This document shows, one piece after another, positions 50,905 to 61,168 of a stretch of 64,000 nucleotides of DNA. Position 1 is the first letter of the stretch, and the number at the start of each line of letters is the position of its first letter. The translations under genes were made by a program, and so were the position numbers. The stretch is from a virus. Location of the stretch: positions 1-64,000 of the IMG/VR virus record IMGVR_UViG_3300022602_000039; one strand, written 5' to 3'. Below the pieces are notes generated by a model, which was not told the DNA's origin, did no database searches, and saw only the letters and a program-made list of their open reading frames with translations.

Positions 50905-51843
50905 ATGGATAAATTCGCTATCTTTCACATTGATGGTGGTTGTGGTAAGAACATTGTAGCTACCTCAGTCGTCAAGTCTATTAAAGCTGCTTACCCTGAA
51001 CACAAGCTCATAGTTGTGACAGCATGGCCTGAAGTGTTTATACATAACCCTCATATTCATCGTGTTTATAAGTTTGGTAATCTTCCATACTTCTACGATG
51101 ATTATATTGATGGAAAGGATTCAAAGATCTTTAGAATGGAGCCGTATCACTCTGAAGATCTTCTCTATCGTCGTAAGTCATTAGCTGGTATTTGGTGTGA
51201 TATTTTTGGTATACCTTGTATTGATGATAAACCAAACATCTTCCTTACTGAACGTGAAATTCTTTTTACTCAACAGCAGCTACAAAAAGACGGTCCTGTT
51301 CTTTTAGTTCAATCCTCAGGTGGTGCCGAACAACAAGGTCATCCTTATTCATGGTCAAGAGATCTTCCACCGCCATTTGCCCAGGAAGTTGTTGATGCCG
51401 TTCGTGGTAGCTTTAGTAAAGTTCTTCACGTACGTAGAGATAATCAACCGGAGATAACTAATACAATTAAAATTACCGATGGCTTTAGAAGTCTCTTCTG
51501 TTATGTAGCACTCGCTGACAAGATTCTTGCTATAGATTCGTTTGCCCAACATGCAGCGGCAGCCTTTAATCGCCCAGCAGTCGTAGGATGGATATCTAAC
51601 TCACCTATTGTATTCGGTCATGATATACATACTAATATCGTTGCTACCGGTCACGAGTCTTTCCGTCACCGTATTGATAGCTATCTAGAGTCTGATGATT
51701 GGACTGGCGGTCGTTTCCATGAATGTCCATATGATAATATTTCTACAATGTTTGATAAAGATCAGTTCGTAGAAGCCCTTCTTGGTTCAAAGTCTGGTGA
51801 ATTACTATTTGATATGCCACCAATGGCTACTACAATAATCTAA
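50905..51843 (+). CDS. Glycosyltransferase family 9-like protein
   Basis: GGCGKNI..., EVFIHNPHI, IDSFAQHAAAAFNRPAV. Confidence 0.75.
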   Translation: MDKFAIFHIDGGCGKNIVATSVVKSIKAAYPEHKLIVVTAWPEVFIHNPHIHRVYKFGNLPYFYDDYIDGKDSKIFRMEPYHSEDLLYRRKSLAGIWCDIFGIPCIDDKPNIFLTEREILFTQQQLQKDGPVLLVQSSGGAEQQGHPYSWSRDLPPPFAQEVVDAVRGSFSKVLHVRRDNQPEITNTIKITDGFRSLFCYVALADKILAIDSFAQHAAAAFNRPAVVGWISNSPIVFGHDIHTNIVATGHESFRHRIDSYLESDDWTGGRFHECPYDNISTMFDKDQFVEALLGSKSGELLFDMPPMATTII

Positions 51844-51844
51844 T

Positions 51845-52663
51845 ATGATATTCTTTAACTCTTCCATGCCTCGTAGCATGAGTACACTTCTTCAGTGTAT
51901 TCTTAATCAGAATCCTGATATCGCAGCTACACCTACTGATCCTGTATTAGAGTATCTTTACGGTGCTAGAATGAATTATACAAATACTCCAGAAGTTAAG
52001 GCTATTGATCCTGAGCTTGCAGCAAGAGCTTGGAGAGGGTTCTGCTGGGGCGGTCTCGAGAACTACGCAACAGTGTATTCAGAGAAGCCTCATCTTTGTA
52101 TTAAGACTCGAGGCGGTACGATACACTACCGTTGGTTTGAATCTTTTATGCCATATAAGCCTAAGATGATTTGTATGGTAAGAAATCTAAAAAGCATCTT
52201 TTCTTCTATGGAAAAGCTCTACCGTAAGAATCAAGAGCACCATCAAGCTATTCAGAATCATGCAGAGATGAAAGGGACATCAACGGCAAAGCGTATTGAT
52301 AGTTGGTGTGCTTCACCTCCTGTTGGTCTTGCTCTAGAGCGTTTACAGCAGTGCTTCCTTGAAGGAATAAATCAAGAAGTTCTATATATTCGTGCTGAAG
52401 ATTTAACTTCATACCCAGAAAGAGAAATGAATAAGATCTACCAGTATCTTGAGCTCACACCTTTCAAGCACGATTTTAATAATGTAGAGCAATCAATCAA
52501 GGAAGACGATTCAGTTTACGGGTTAACATCCGACCTTCATACTATCCGTCAATCTGTTCAGCCTTTAACACCTGACTACAGTACGATTCTTGGTAAGCAG
52601 ATCTGTGATTGGATTGATAATAACTTTGCTTGGTATCAGCAAGGTTTTGGCTATACTAAATAA
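51845..52663 (+). CDS. Sulfotransferase family protein
   Basis: SMPRSMSTLLQCILNQNP PAPS-binding loop; MVRNLKSIFSS; IRAEDL. Confidence 0.8.
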   Translation: MIFFNSSMPRSMSTLLQCILNQNPDIAATPTDPVLEYLYGARMNYTNTPEVKAIDPELAARAWRGFCWGGLENYATVYSEKPHLCIKTRGGTIHYRWFESFMPYKPKMICMVRNLKSIFSSMEKLYRKNQEHHQAIQNHAEMKGTSTAKRIDSWCASPPVGLALERLQQCFLEGINQEVLYIRAEDLTSYPEREMNKIYQYLELTPFKHDFNNVEQSIKEDDSVYGLTSDLHTIRQSVQPLTPDYSTILGKQICDWIDNNFAWYQQGFGYTK

Positions 52664-53503
52664 CAATATGTCACAATTAAAATTTAGTGTAACTGAGGAT
52701 GGAAAGAAGTTAGTTACTTTTGATATTACTGAAGAAAGATTTGCAGTATTCGGATCAAAAGATAATGTTTGACTACCGCCACCACCGCCACTAAAAATTG
52801 TAGCTAGATCAACACCACCTGAAAGATACTGACCGGTTACGTTTAATGTACCGTTCATTGTACCACCGTTAGCAAATTGTTGAGCTACCGAACCACCACC
52901 TCCACCGAGTTCAAGAATGCGACGTGCGTGCTTATTAACTTGCTCTTCAATTAATTTCTTAATATCCTCAATCTTTTCCGGGTCCTTTACGTTAGCAATC
53001 TTTGAAGTAAGCTTGTCAAACTCATCAACGTAATTATCTGTAGGGTTTTTGGCAGTAGGTGGTGTAGTTTGTCTCTCAAGCTCTTGAATATAATCATTAT
53101 TAATTACAGGAGCCTTTGGTTCCTCTACCGGTAATTCTTGTTCCTTTATTTCCTCTTGTATCGGCAATTCAACTGGAGGAATAACTGTTTCCTTCGGTGG
53201 TGAAGTTAATATGTTTTTTAATTTACCGAGAAAATCACCAAAATTATCTTTTTCTTCTACTACCTCTGTTATATCCTCCTCAACAACAGGTTGGTCTTGT
53301 ATAACAGGCGTTTCTGCAGGAACTGTAGGGAGATGTGCTTCAACTTGTTTAGCTATCTTCTCTTGTAAATTAGCTAAAGTAACAGCAAGAGGTGTAACAG
53401 TTTCCGGAGCTTCAAGCCCTTCCATAATGGCTCTATGCTCTTTCTCAACATTAATCTTCTCTGAAAGATTAGATAGAAAGCTTAATAACGGATCTTGTTC
53501 CAC
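52565..53503 (-). CDS. Acidic/Pro-rich late protein with fibre-like C-terminal start, probably truncated
   Basis: GGGGSVAQQFANGGTMNG motif; the tail after ~52735 is antisense to plus-strand genes. Confidence 0.55.
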   Translation of the reverse strand: MEQDPLLSFLSNLSEKINVEKEHRAIMEGLEAPETVTPLAVTLANLQEKIAKQVEAHLPTVPAETPVIQDQPVVEEDITEVVEEKDNFGDFLGKLKNILTSPPKETVIPPVELPIQEEIKEQELPVEEPKAPVINNDYIQELERQTTPPTAKNPTDNYVDEFDKLTSKIANVKDPEKIEDIKKLIEEQVNKHARRILELGGGGGSVAQQFANGGTMNGTLNVTGQYLSGGVDLATIFSGGGGGSQTLSFDPNTANLSSVISKVTNFFPSSVTLNFNCDILLFSIAKTLLIPSKVIINPITDLLTKNRTVVRC

Positions 53504-53986
53504 GCTATTATTTACATCAAAAAACTAAGAATTATATAGCTTTACTCCTTATAATCTTGTTTATATACTGTCTTAAATGTTTACTATAATCAATAGATTC
53601 AGTAGTGTCAATATTACTAGTTGAAACACTCTCACGTATAAACGTTGGTGTTGTTACTTCATGAAAATCTGAAGGTAGATCAAAGGCTGCTGTATTAATT
53701 GTTGATTCTGGAAGCTCACCGTCTTCACAAACCACAAGCTTAAACTTTACGTTATCAAATACCTCACCATCTGACAATTTTATACTGGTAACAAGAAACT
53801 TTTCTCCAGAATCTTCAGTTATATAACTATGAATAAATTCCTTGTTCTTTGTTACAATATTAGCAACATTATTAAGACTCTCTTCTAGAGGACGACAAAA
53901 GATAATATTTTCTGCCTCTTCTGTGTCTACAAAATTGCAGGTTACACGGTTATCTATTAAAATCTCACTAAAATGCACATGAGTAT

Positions 53987-54424
53987 TTATGAAAGAAAAA
54001 CAGAATTCAATGATGAAGATAACTGTATTATTTCAATGCCGTAATCCTTTGCAATATTCTCTGGTGAATAGGATTCATCAAACTTGTACGACTCTACATA
54101 AACAATTTTCTTAATTCCGTAAGCTGCTAATGTTTTTAAACAATCATTACAAGGAGCATGTGTAATGGCAGCAAGATAACACTCACCTGGTTTAATCATT
54201 CGACAGGCATTTACTTCTGCATGAATTACGCGTTTGTGTTTCTCTACTCGATTATGCCAATCAATCTCAACTCCTGATGGTGCTCCGTTATACCCTAGAC
54301 TTGCAACTGTATGATCAGGTCGTAATAAACAGCATCCAACTTTCGTTCTTGGATCTTCAGATCTTAATGCTGCAACCATCGCTAATTGAATAGCATATTC
54401 ATCCCACGATATTCTCTTACTCAT
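53987..54424 (-). CDS. dCMP deaminase
   Basis: RSEDPRTKVG, GYNG, HAEVNA, PCNDC. Confidence 0.9.
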   Translation of the reverse strand: MSKRISWDEYAIQLAMVAALRSEDPRTKVGCCLLRPDHTVASLGYNGAPSGVEIDWHNRVEKHKRVIHAEVNACRMIKPGECYLAAITHAPCNDCLKTLAAYGIKKIVYVESYKFDESYSPENIAKDYGIEIIQLSSSLNSVFLS

Positions 54425-54999
54425 AGCTTTAAAAAGATGTCCCATTCAGGGATGTTTTTGTGATTGTTAATATAGAACATTGTTGGTACAGCTCTTGGTT
54501 CGTATGGTTGACGAATGAGCTTGAGACCTGCTTCCTCAGGTGTTCTATTACCCTTTTTATGATTTACTTCTTTATGAGAAAGAACGCAATTTGTCCATGT
54601 TGTTCTACCGCCCTTACTCCTTGGTAAAACGTGATCAATATTGGCTTCGTTTGGTGTTAGCTTCTTACCTGTATACTGACAAACTCCACCATCTCTATTC
54701 CAGATAGCTTTCGAAGAGAACTTCGGTCTTCTCTTTGGTACTTGATTGTATTCACATAATACAATGACCTTAGGGACCTTTATTTTACCACGTACAGTAC
54801 TAATGTATTCAGCCTTCTCATCAAAAGGTAAGGAGATCCAATTCTCCCACGAATACGGCACCATGTTATCATACCCTACGATATCTAAACCCGTAGCGTT
54901 ACCAACGTACATCATTGATAGAGCTTCAGCTGCTGACTTTACATGGATGGCTTGCCAGCTTCTATTTAAAATAAGAACAGATTCACTTGTTAGGTTCAT
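54421..54999 (-). CDS. HNH endonuclease (McrA-like HNH_5 type)
   Basis: VLILN, RDGGVCQYTG, IDHVLPRSKGG..WTNCV...NHKKGNRTP. Confidence 0.88.
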   Translation of the reverse strand: MNLTSESVLILNRSWQAIHVKSAAEALSMMYVGNATGLDIVGYDNMVPYSWENWISLPFDEKAEYISTVRGKIKVPKVIVLCEYNQVPKRRPKFSSKAIWNRDGGVCQYTGKKLTPNEANIDHVLPRSKGGRTTWTNCVLSHKEVNHKKGNRTPEEAGLKLIRQPYEPRAVPTMFYINNHKNIPEWDIFLKL

Positions 55000-55897
55000 A
55001 AAATTAAAATGATATTTTAAAAGTCGTAAATGTCAAGACACGATTTACTGTAAAGTCTTTTACAAACTCACCTGTCAGGATGAAATTTGTTGTCTTTAGT
55101 CTATATGTTGATTCAGTGTGATTATTAATAATATCAATATTATTGATATACGGGTAGTCGGCAGGTGATAGAACCACATTGGTGTCTGCAAAACAGGCAC
55201 AACACAAGAATAAAAACACTAACAATGTTCTCACTTCTTCTTATATTTATTACTTTTAAATTTCTTTAAATGAGGTATATACTCAGGCGGATAGTATTTT
55301 TTTCTTAACTCTAAATACCACTTTTTGTCTTCAGGAGAGACAATTACGTTTTTATCAACATTGTAAATACTCATATACATCCGGAGTTACCTGCTCCTTT
55401 GCTTCCTCTGAAAGAACATTATCAATCCATGAAAGAGCTTCTCTCTTTTTACCTTCACGAATCATCTCTGATATTGCATTAAGCTCTTTAAAGTTTTTCT
55501 CTACGTAATGCTTACGGTTACCCCATTTTTCGGCTAATAGCAGGGTAGCGTTACCAATTAAGCACTGATTCTTATACCACTGATAAACATGGGAAGCAAA
55601 ATTATCGGCAAGAAAATATGCCTCAATATCAAAGTCGTTATCCTCGTCCATTGCCTTTAACAAAAAATTTAATTTTAGCAAACGTCATATCTTTATCAGT
55701 GATAATGTATCGAAACGGTTTGTTTTTGTATTTTTCCTGCTCGATGTAGATAGCGCGTTTAATTATAGATTCACGCTCTTCATAGGTAGGTTCATACTTA
55801 AAGACAATTGTCTGTGTGTATGAACGTTCGTTCTTTACGGGTTTCTTTGCTTTAGTAGCTTGTTTAGCCATACCCACTATAATAGGGGTATTATAAA

Positions 55898-56269
55898 TTA
55901 GTTCAAGCGAATACTTTCAGGTTTTGTAGAACGGATATAAACTTCACCGTATACTTCTAAAATACCCATGGCAGCTTGAAACTCACGCTGGGACATCTTA
56001 TCCCAATTCTTAAGCTTTCTATATGTTTCATCAGCCATCATCTTAAAGTGTTTATCTCTATCTTCACTCTTTGCATGCTTAATTGCATCCTTGTATGGTC
56101 TTAGTTTAGCTTTATAGTGAATAGCTGTCAACAGGCTGTAACCGCCCTTCTTACGGGTCATCTTCTCAATCTTAATAGCACCAGCTAGACGCTTATGAAG
56201 AAATTCTAAAAAACTCTCCGCTGTATTCAACCCAGACTTAACTGCTTCCATTAATGCTTCTAATCTCAT
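55898..56269 (-). CDS. Late hypothetical protein with MRLEALME leader
   Basis: TAAATA-cttct-ATG. Confidence 0.65.
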   Translation of the reverse strand: MRLEALMEAVKSGLNTAESFLEFLHKRLAGAIKIEKMTRKKGGYSLLTAIHYKAKLRPYKDAIKHAKSEDRDKHFKMMADETYRKLKNWDKMSQREFQAAMGILEVYGEVYIRSTKPESIRLN

Positions 56270-56277
56270 AGAAGTAT

Positions 56278-57927
56278 TTATGCTTCACAGTTTGCACAAG
56301 CTAGAATAGAACGAGCTAATTCTTGAGCTGGGTTCGCCGAACGCTGATAATACAGTGCTTTGATTCCTTGCTCCCATGCAAATATCATAAGTTCATTAAC
56401 GTCCTTAGGCTTTGTATTCGGTGGAATCATTACGTTCAATGATTGACCTTGATCGATGTATTTCTGACGACCGGCAGCTTGGATAATAATCTCCTTCTGA
56501 GAGATTTCACCGAATGTCTTAAAGACATCCTTTTCAGCCTGAGTTAGGAAATCAAGATGTTGAACTGATCCACCCTTCTTTAGGATAGACATCCATGTTT
56601 CGTCATCATGCTTTCCTTTCTCCTTGAGAAGGTGCTTAAGATATGGGTTCTTAAAAGTAAACTTACCCTTAGCTAGATCCTTAACAAAGTAGTTACTGTT
56701 TAAAGGTTCGATAGACGGGCTTACCTGACCAAGAATAAACGAACTTGAAGTAGTTGGAGCTACGGCCAACGTTGTTGTATTTCTACGACCATATCCCTTA
56801 AGAAGTGGTGGTTCGCCGAATTCCTTAGCAAGCTCTACAGAAGCTTTATCTGCCTTATCTCTAATTATCTTCCAAATCTGACCATTGAGAAGCTTAGCCT
56901 GCATTGATTCGAATGCAATCATCTTCTGTTGAAGAAGTGAATGCCACCCTAGAACTCCAACACCGATTGCTCGTTGATTAATAGCAAAGTTTCTTGGATG
57001 ATTCATGAACTTCATTCCATCGGTTTTATTGATGAACTCAGTCATGACTGCATCGAGGAAATAAACAAGGGTTTCAACAGCATCTGTTTCCTTCCAGTCT
57101 TCCCAACGCTCAAGATTAAGTGAAGAAAGATCACAGACAAACGATTCATCAATACCGTTAGAGAGCATGATCTCTGAGCACAAATTACTATGATGAATCT
57201 TTAATCCCTTATCTTTATAAACTTGAGGTGCTTGATTATTGGCATTATCTGTAAAGAAGATATAAGGGTAACCTGATTCAAAGCGCTTCTTAATAACTTG
57301 TCCCCAGATGGCGCGTTTTTCCTTATCACCCTCCATCATGGATTTCATCCATTCATCGGTAATACAAACACCAATAGAAAGATTCTGAATATCATCACCT
57401 TCACCTCTGATCTTAAGGAATTCCTCAATGTCAGCATGATCAATAGGGAGGTAAGCTGCAAACGAACCACGACGTACATTACCTTGGGAAATGTAATTTG
57501 TTAATGACTCAAAAACAGTTAACTGGTGGTGAACACCCGTTGCTTCACCGCCGGAGGAAATCTTAGCACCTCTTGGTCTAATGGCACCAAAGTATCCTGA
57601 CGTACCACCACCGACCTTTGACATAACACCAACTTCAGACATCTTATAAAGGATATCGTCCATATCATCATTTACATAAGAACCAAAACAACTAATTGGT
57701 AACCCGCGATCACGACCAAAATTACTCCAAATAGGTGATGATAAGGAATAAAATCCCTTGTGCATATAATCCTCAAACTTATGAGCAAATCCCTTAATCT
57801 TTAAGAGCTTTTCAGCTGTCTTTGCGATGTCGGTAATACGTTGTTCGGCAGTTTCTCCTTCTAGAAGGTAACCACGTTCGAGAAACTTTCTCGAATCCTT
57901 ATTAAGCCAGTAGATATCCTTATGCAT
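56278..57927 (-). CDS. nrdA: Class I ribonucleotide reductase alpha subunit (short form, no ATP cone)
   Basis: PISCF, SNLCSEI, APTTSSS, LYYQRS, C-terminal CANCEA. Confidence 0.95.
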   Translation of the reverse strand: MHKDIYWLNKDSRKFLERGYLLEGETAEQRITDIAKTAEKLLKIKGFAHKFEDYMHKGFYSLSSPIWSNFGRDRGLPISCFGSYVNDDMDDILYKMSEVGVMSKVGGGTSGYFGAIRPRGAKISSGGEATGVHHQLTVFESLTNYISQGNVRRGSFAAYLPIDHADIEEFLKIRGEGDDIQNLSIGVCITDEWMKSMMEGDKEKRAIWGQVIKKRFESGYPYIFFTDNANNQAPQVYKDKGLKIHHSNLCSEIMLSNGIDESFVCDLSSLNLERWEDWKETDAVETLVYFLDAVMTEFINKTDGMKFMNHPRNFAINQRAIGVGVLGWHSLLQQKMIAFESMQAKLLNGQIWKIIRDKADKASVELAKEFGEPPLLKGYGRRNTTTLAVAPTTSSSFILGQVSPSIEPLNSNYFVKDLAKGKFTFKNPYLKHLLKEKGKHDDETWMSILKKGGSVQHLDFLTQAEKDVFKTFGEISQKEIIIQAAGRQKYIDQGQSLNVMIPPNTKPKDVNELMIFAWEQGIKALYYQRSANPAQELARSILACANCEA

Positions 57928-57963
57928 ATAGTCTTATTTTAATAGCTAGTTTAAAGATAACAA

Positions 57964-58938
57964 CTAGAATAGATCGTCTTCTGAAAAAGATTGTGACTTC
58001 TTGGAGTACTCAACCGGGCGACTGTGAAAGAAGTCGGTCATATTGTTGCCATGAAGCTCTTCTTCAAACCAGGTTGAAGCTTTTAATAATTCAGTATCAA
58101 CTTCAAAGGGTTTGTGAAAGCCAATACCTTCTAATGAATGATTAATTCTGTTCTTAATGAATTCTTTAAGAAGAGGTGCATTGAGATTCTCTTCATTGAT
58201 ATCATTGAGCATCCAGTCAACAATCTTAGCTTCAGCCTTGAATGCCTCGTGTGCTTCGTGAATAATCTTATCTTCAAGCTCTTGATCAAATAATTCAGGA
58301 TATTCTTCGCGAATTACGTTAATAATCTTCGTACCAACAAGCCCGTGAATATTCTCTTCATTGCGGGTATATTTTACTTGCTGGTCGGTATCCTTAAGAA
58401 CATTCTTAAAGCGTGCAAACCAATTAATTACGTAAAACTGACTGAAGAGTGATACGTTCTCAATAAGAAGAGTGAAGAGTGCAATAGCATAGAGATACTG
58501 CTTCTTTGAATCCTTAAAGCAACGCTTTGTATACTTCTTAAGATACTTTACTCGACCCTGAATCCAAGGGAGTTCTAAGTTCTTTTCAAAGATATCCTCA
58601 AGACCGAGAACAGAAAGTAAACGCTCGTAAGCATTATTATGAATAACTTCTGTATTAGCCATTACATACCCAAGATCATAAATCGAAGGATGTGGAAGAT
58701 TATCACCTAAACGTGCCCAAAATGTCTTTACTGAGACTTCAATCTGACCAATAGCAGACAATACTCTAATAATAGCTTCTCTTTCTTGATCGGATAAATT
58801 AACCTTAAACTGTTGGATATCGGATTTAAAACTAAATTCCTTATCTGTCCAGAATCCATTATGCATTGCTTCAATGAACTCCTCTGTCCATTTATAATTG
58901 TTTGGTTTGCGGCTAATTTGTTCGTCAAAGATCTTCAT
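57964..58938 (-). CDS. nrdB: Class I ribonucleotide reductase beta subunit
   Basis: EVIHNNAY, ENVSLFSQF, EENIH, DFFHSRPVEY. Confidence 0.95.
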   Translation of the reverse strand: MKIFDEQISRKPNNYKWTEEFIEAMHNGFWTDKEFSFKSDIQQFKVNLSDQEREAIIRVLSAIGQIEVSVKTFWARLGDNLPHPSIYDLGYVMANTEVIHNNAYERLLSVLGLEDIFEKNLELPWIQGRVKYLKKYTKRCFKDSKKQYLYAIALFTLLIENVSLFSQFYVINWFARFKNVLKDTDQQVKYTRNEENIHGLVGTKIINVIREEYPELFDQELEDKIIHEAHEAFKAEAKIVDWMLNDINEENLNAPLLKEFIKNRINHSLEGIGFHKPFEVDTELLKASTWFEEELHGNNMTDFFHSRPVEYSKKSQSFSEDDLF

Positions 58939-59278
58939 TGTTGTTATAATTTATTAAAAAAACGGTGGTGATCCTGAAGGTCGGATGAACCTTTTTAGAT
59001 CAATTCTTATACGAGTATAGAATAAATACCCTTATTTATCAAGGTTGTTTTCTGGCAATTTCCAGATGAAATACCCTACCTTTTCATCGTAGTCTAGGGA
59101 AAGAGCCATGCATTTTTGATATCCTGACCAGCATACACTGCAAACAAGCTTACGTGTAATTTCACTCCAATCTGTCCAGCAGATTATCCTCCAAAAAACA
59201 TCACCAAGATAATAAAAGAATAGGGCTAGAAATTTATAATACAAATGTTTCATGTATGTATAATAATGGCTATTTTTA

Positions 59279-59452
59279 CTATTGACAGTGATAATTTAAA
59301 TAACGTTGAGCGGCTTTAGCTGTCAAACCACCCTTACCTTTAAGTCTGCGTGCTTTAGAACAAGTTAATTTACCTTTAACCTGGCGTTTAAGAATACCAG
59401 GATGACGTGGTTCATCTATACTCTTCTCTAAAACATACTCTTTAAATGTCAT
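59279..59452 (-). CDS. 57-aa basic late protein with MTFKEYVLE leader (not in ORF track)
   Basis: Hand translation; TAAATA-ctctt-ATG. Confidence 0.6.
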   Translation of the reverse strand: MTFKEYVLEKSIDEPRHPGILKRQVKGKLTCSKARRLKGKGGLTAKAAQRYLNYHCQ

Positions 59453-59502
59453 AAGAGTATTTATGGGGTAGCGATAAGTAGGAGTCGAGAATAAGTAATG
59501 AT

Positions 59503-60357
59503 ATGATCAAAGAAATTAGTAAATTAAAAAATGCTGATATATTATCTGTTGCATGTAGTTTTTGCAATAAAGAATTTAAACGCAAGGTACGGGATATACG
59601 AGCATCGATACGGCGTCGTGGCAGTGATGCCAACAAAATGTATTGTAGTGCTATATGTTCAAATAAAGTAAAAAATAGATCTATAACTACAGAATGCAAA
59701 CAGTGTGGTGAGAGTGTATCGCTGTGGTTGTGTCAAATAAATTCTAAGTATAGAAAATCACAAAATGCATTTTGTAGTACAAAATGTGCAGCAACATATA
59801 ATAATAAGCAGCGATATGTAAATTATATCCCGAAAGTTAAAGACAAAAAAATTAAACACAAGACATGTTATCAGCGTATATGCATACATTGTAACATAGA
59901 ATATACAACACAAAATAAAATATCATCATATTGTTCTGGTCGTTGTAGAAACTTAAATTTAAAGTTGCACAGTTTTGCACATAAGAGTAGCGGTAAATCT
60001 CGTTCAAAGATCGAAGAATATCTCGAACAAAAACTAACAACAGACTATCCAAATTTAGAAATAAAATTTAATGATAAAGATACTATATATTATGAATTAG
60101 ATATACATATTCCAAAGTATAATTTAGCGTTTGAATTAAATGGTGTATTCCATTATCTACCTATCTATGGAGAGGAGACGCTTAAGAAAACGCAGTATAA
60201 GGATCAACAAAAACTACTACGATGTAAAGAAAAAAATATAGATCTACATGTTATAAACCTCGGCAACACATGTTTTTCAAAAGAAAGAGGGGATATAATT
60301 TATAATACTATTATTGATATTATAAAATCACGCTCGGGACAGAGTCGAACTGTCTAA
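59503..60357 (+). CDS. Zinc-finger plus Vsr/DUF559-like endonuclease
   Basis: RSKIE...ELDIHIPKYNLAFELNGVFHY; paralog of 44086..44799. Confidence 0.8.
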   Translation: MIKEISKLKNADILSVACSFCNKEFKRKVRDIRASIRRRGSDANKMYCSAICSNKVKNRSITTECKQCGESVSLWLCQINSKYRKSQNAFCSTKCAATYNNKQRYVNYIPKVKDKKIKHKTCYQRICIHCNIEYTTQNKISSYCSGRCRNLNLKLHSFAHKSSGKSRSKIEEYLEQKLTTDYPNLEIKFNDKDTIYYELDIHIPKYNLAFELNGVFHYLPIYGEETLKKTQYKDQQKLLRCKEKNIDLHVINLGNTCFSKERGDIIYNTIIDIIKSRSGQSRTV

Positions 60358-60401
60358 AAGTTCTTTTGCAGAGAACCGCCTAGCCGTTTAGCTTCCGAGC
60401 G
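60330..60401 (-). tRNA. tRNA-Cys(GCA)
   Basis: gttct-ctGCAaa-agaac; U73; no encoded CCA. Confidence 0.85.
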
Positions 60402-60412
60402 ATATTTAAAAT

Positions 60413-60503
60413 TGGAGGAAGTGGTAGGATTCGAACCCACGGTACCATTTCTGGTACTTCGCATTTCAAGTGCGACGCATTATGACCACTCTGCCACACT
60501 TCC
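60413..60503 (-). tRNA. tRNA-Ser(TGA)
   Basis: tcgca-ctTGAaa-tgcga; long variable arm; CCA. Confidence 0.9.
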
Positions 60504-60548
60504 ATTCATTTATATTAGATTATTTAAGAGATAAGTCAAGAAAAAAAT

Positions 60549-60638
60549 TGGAAGGAGCGGTGGGATTCGAACCCACGGAACCGATTAAGGTTCGGGAATT
60601 TAGTAAATTCCTGCTTTCGGCCTCTCAGCCACACTCCC
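60549..60638 (-). tRNA. tRNA-Ser(ACT)
   Basis: ggaat-ttACTaa-attcc; long variable arm; CCA. Confidence 0.82.
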
Positions 60639-60693
60639 ATAAAAAATATATTATATAGTGCTCCAGGTGCTCAATCCAGAACTAAATTAAACT

Positions 60694-61168
60694 TTATTTA
60701 ACCTCGATACTGATATTATGTACCTCCGGTTTCACGACAGGGACCTTAACTCGTAGTAGCCCGTCTGTGTATGTTGATGAGATGTTCTTAACGTCCGTAT
60801 TGTCATTAAGAGAGAAGGACAACTGTCCCTTTCTACGGCTAATGCCTTTACGATGGAAGACAACTGTCTCATCATATTCGACCTCTTCCTCTTTATTAGT
60901 ATTAATGTGGAGTTTACCCTCCTTAACATTAACAGTAATATTATCCTTACCAACCCCTGCCAATGCTACCTCAATGTAGTACGCATATGGATTTCCATCA
61001 GGGTCGGTTTCCGATACAATGTTATAAGGATAGGTCGCGTTTGGAACATCAAACGCTTTATCAAGATCCTTGATAACGCTACTTAACCAACTTTCGTTAA
61101 ACAGGCCTGGAAGTTGGCTATAACCAAGTCCTGTTGCCGGAATGACCCGGCCTAGTGTGTATTGTCAT
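60694..61168 (-). CDS. Small heat-shock protein Hsp20 with an apparent frameshift just after the start codon
   Basis: YPYNI..IEVALAG..KGISRR..DGLLRVKVP; the AAGGAG-led ATG at 61168 is one base out of frame. Confidence 0.8.

Noticed and set aside
58955-59005. Hairpin upstream of nrdB as a riboswitch
   Set aside because: It is a single imperfect stem with no recognisable aptamer motif.
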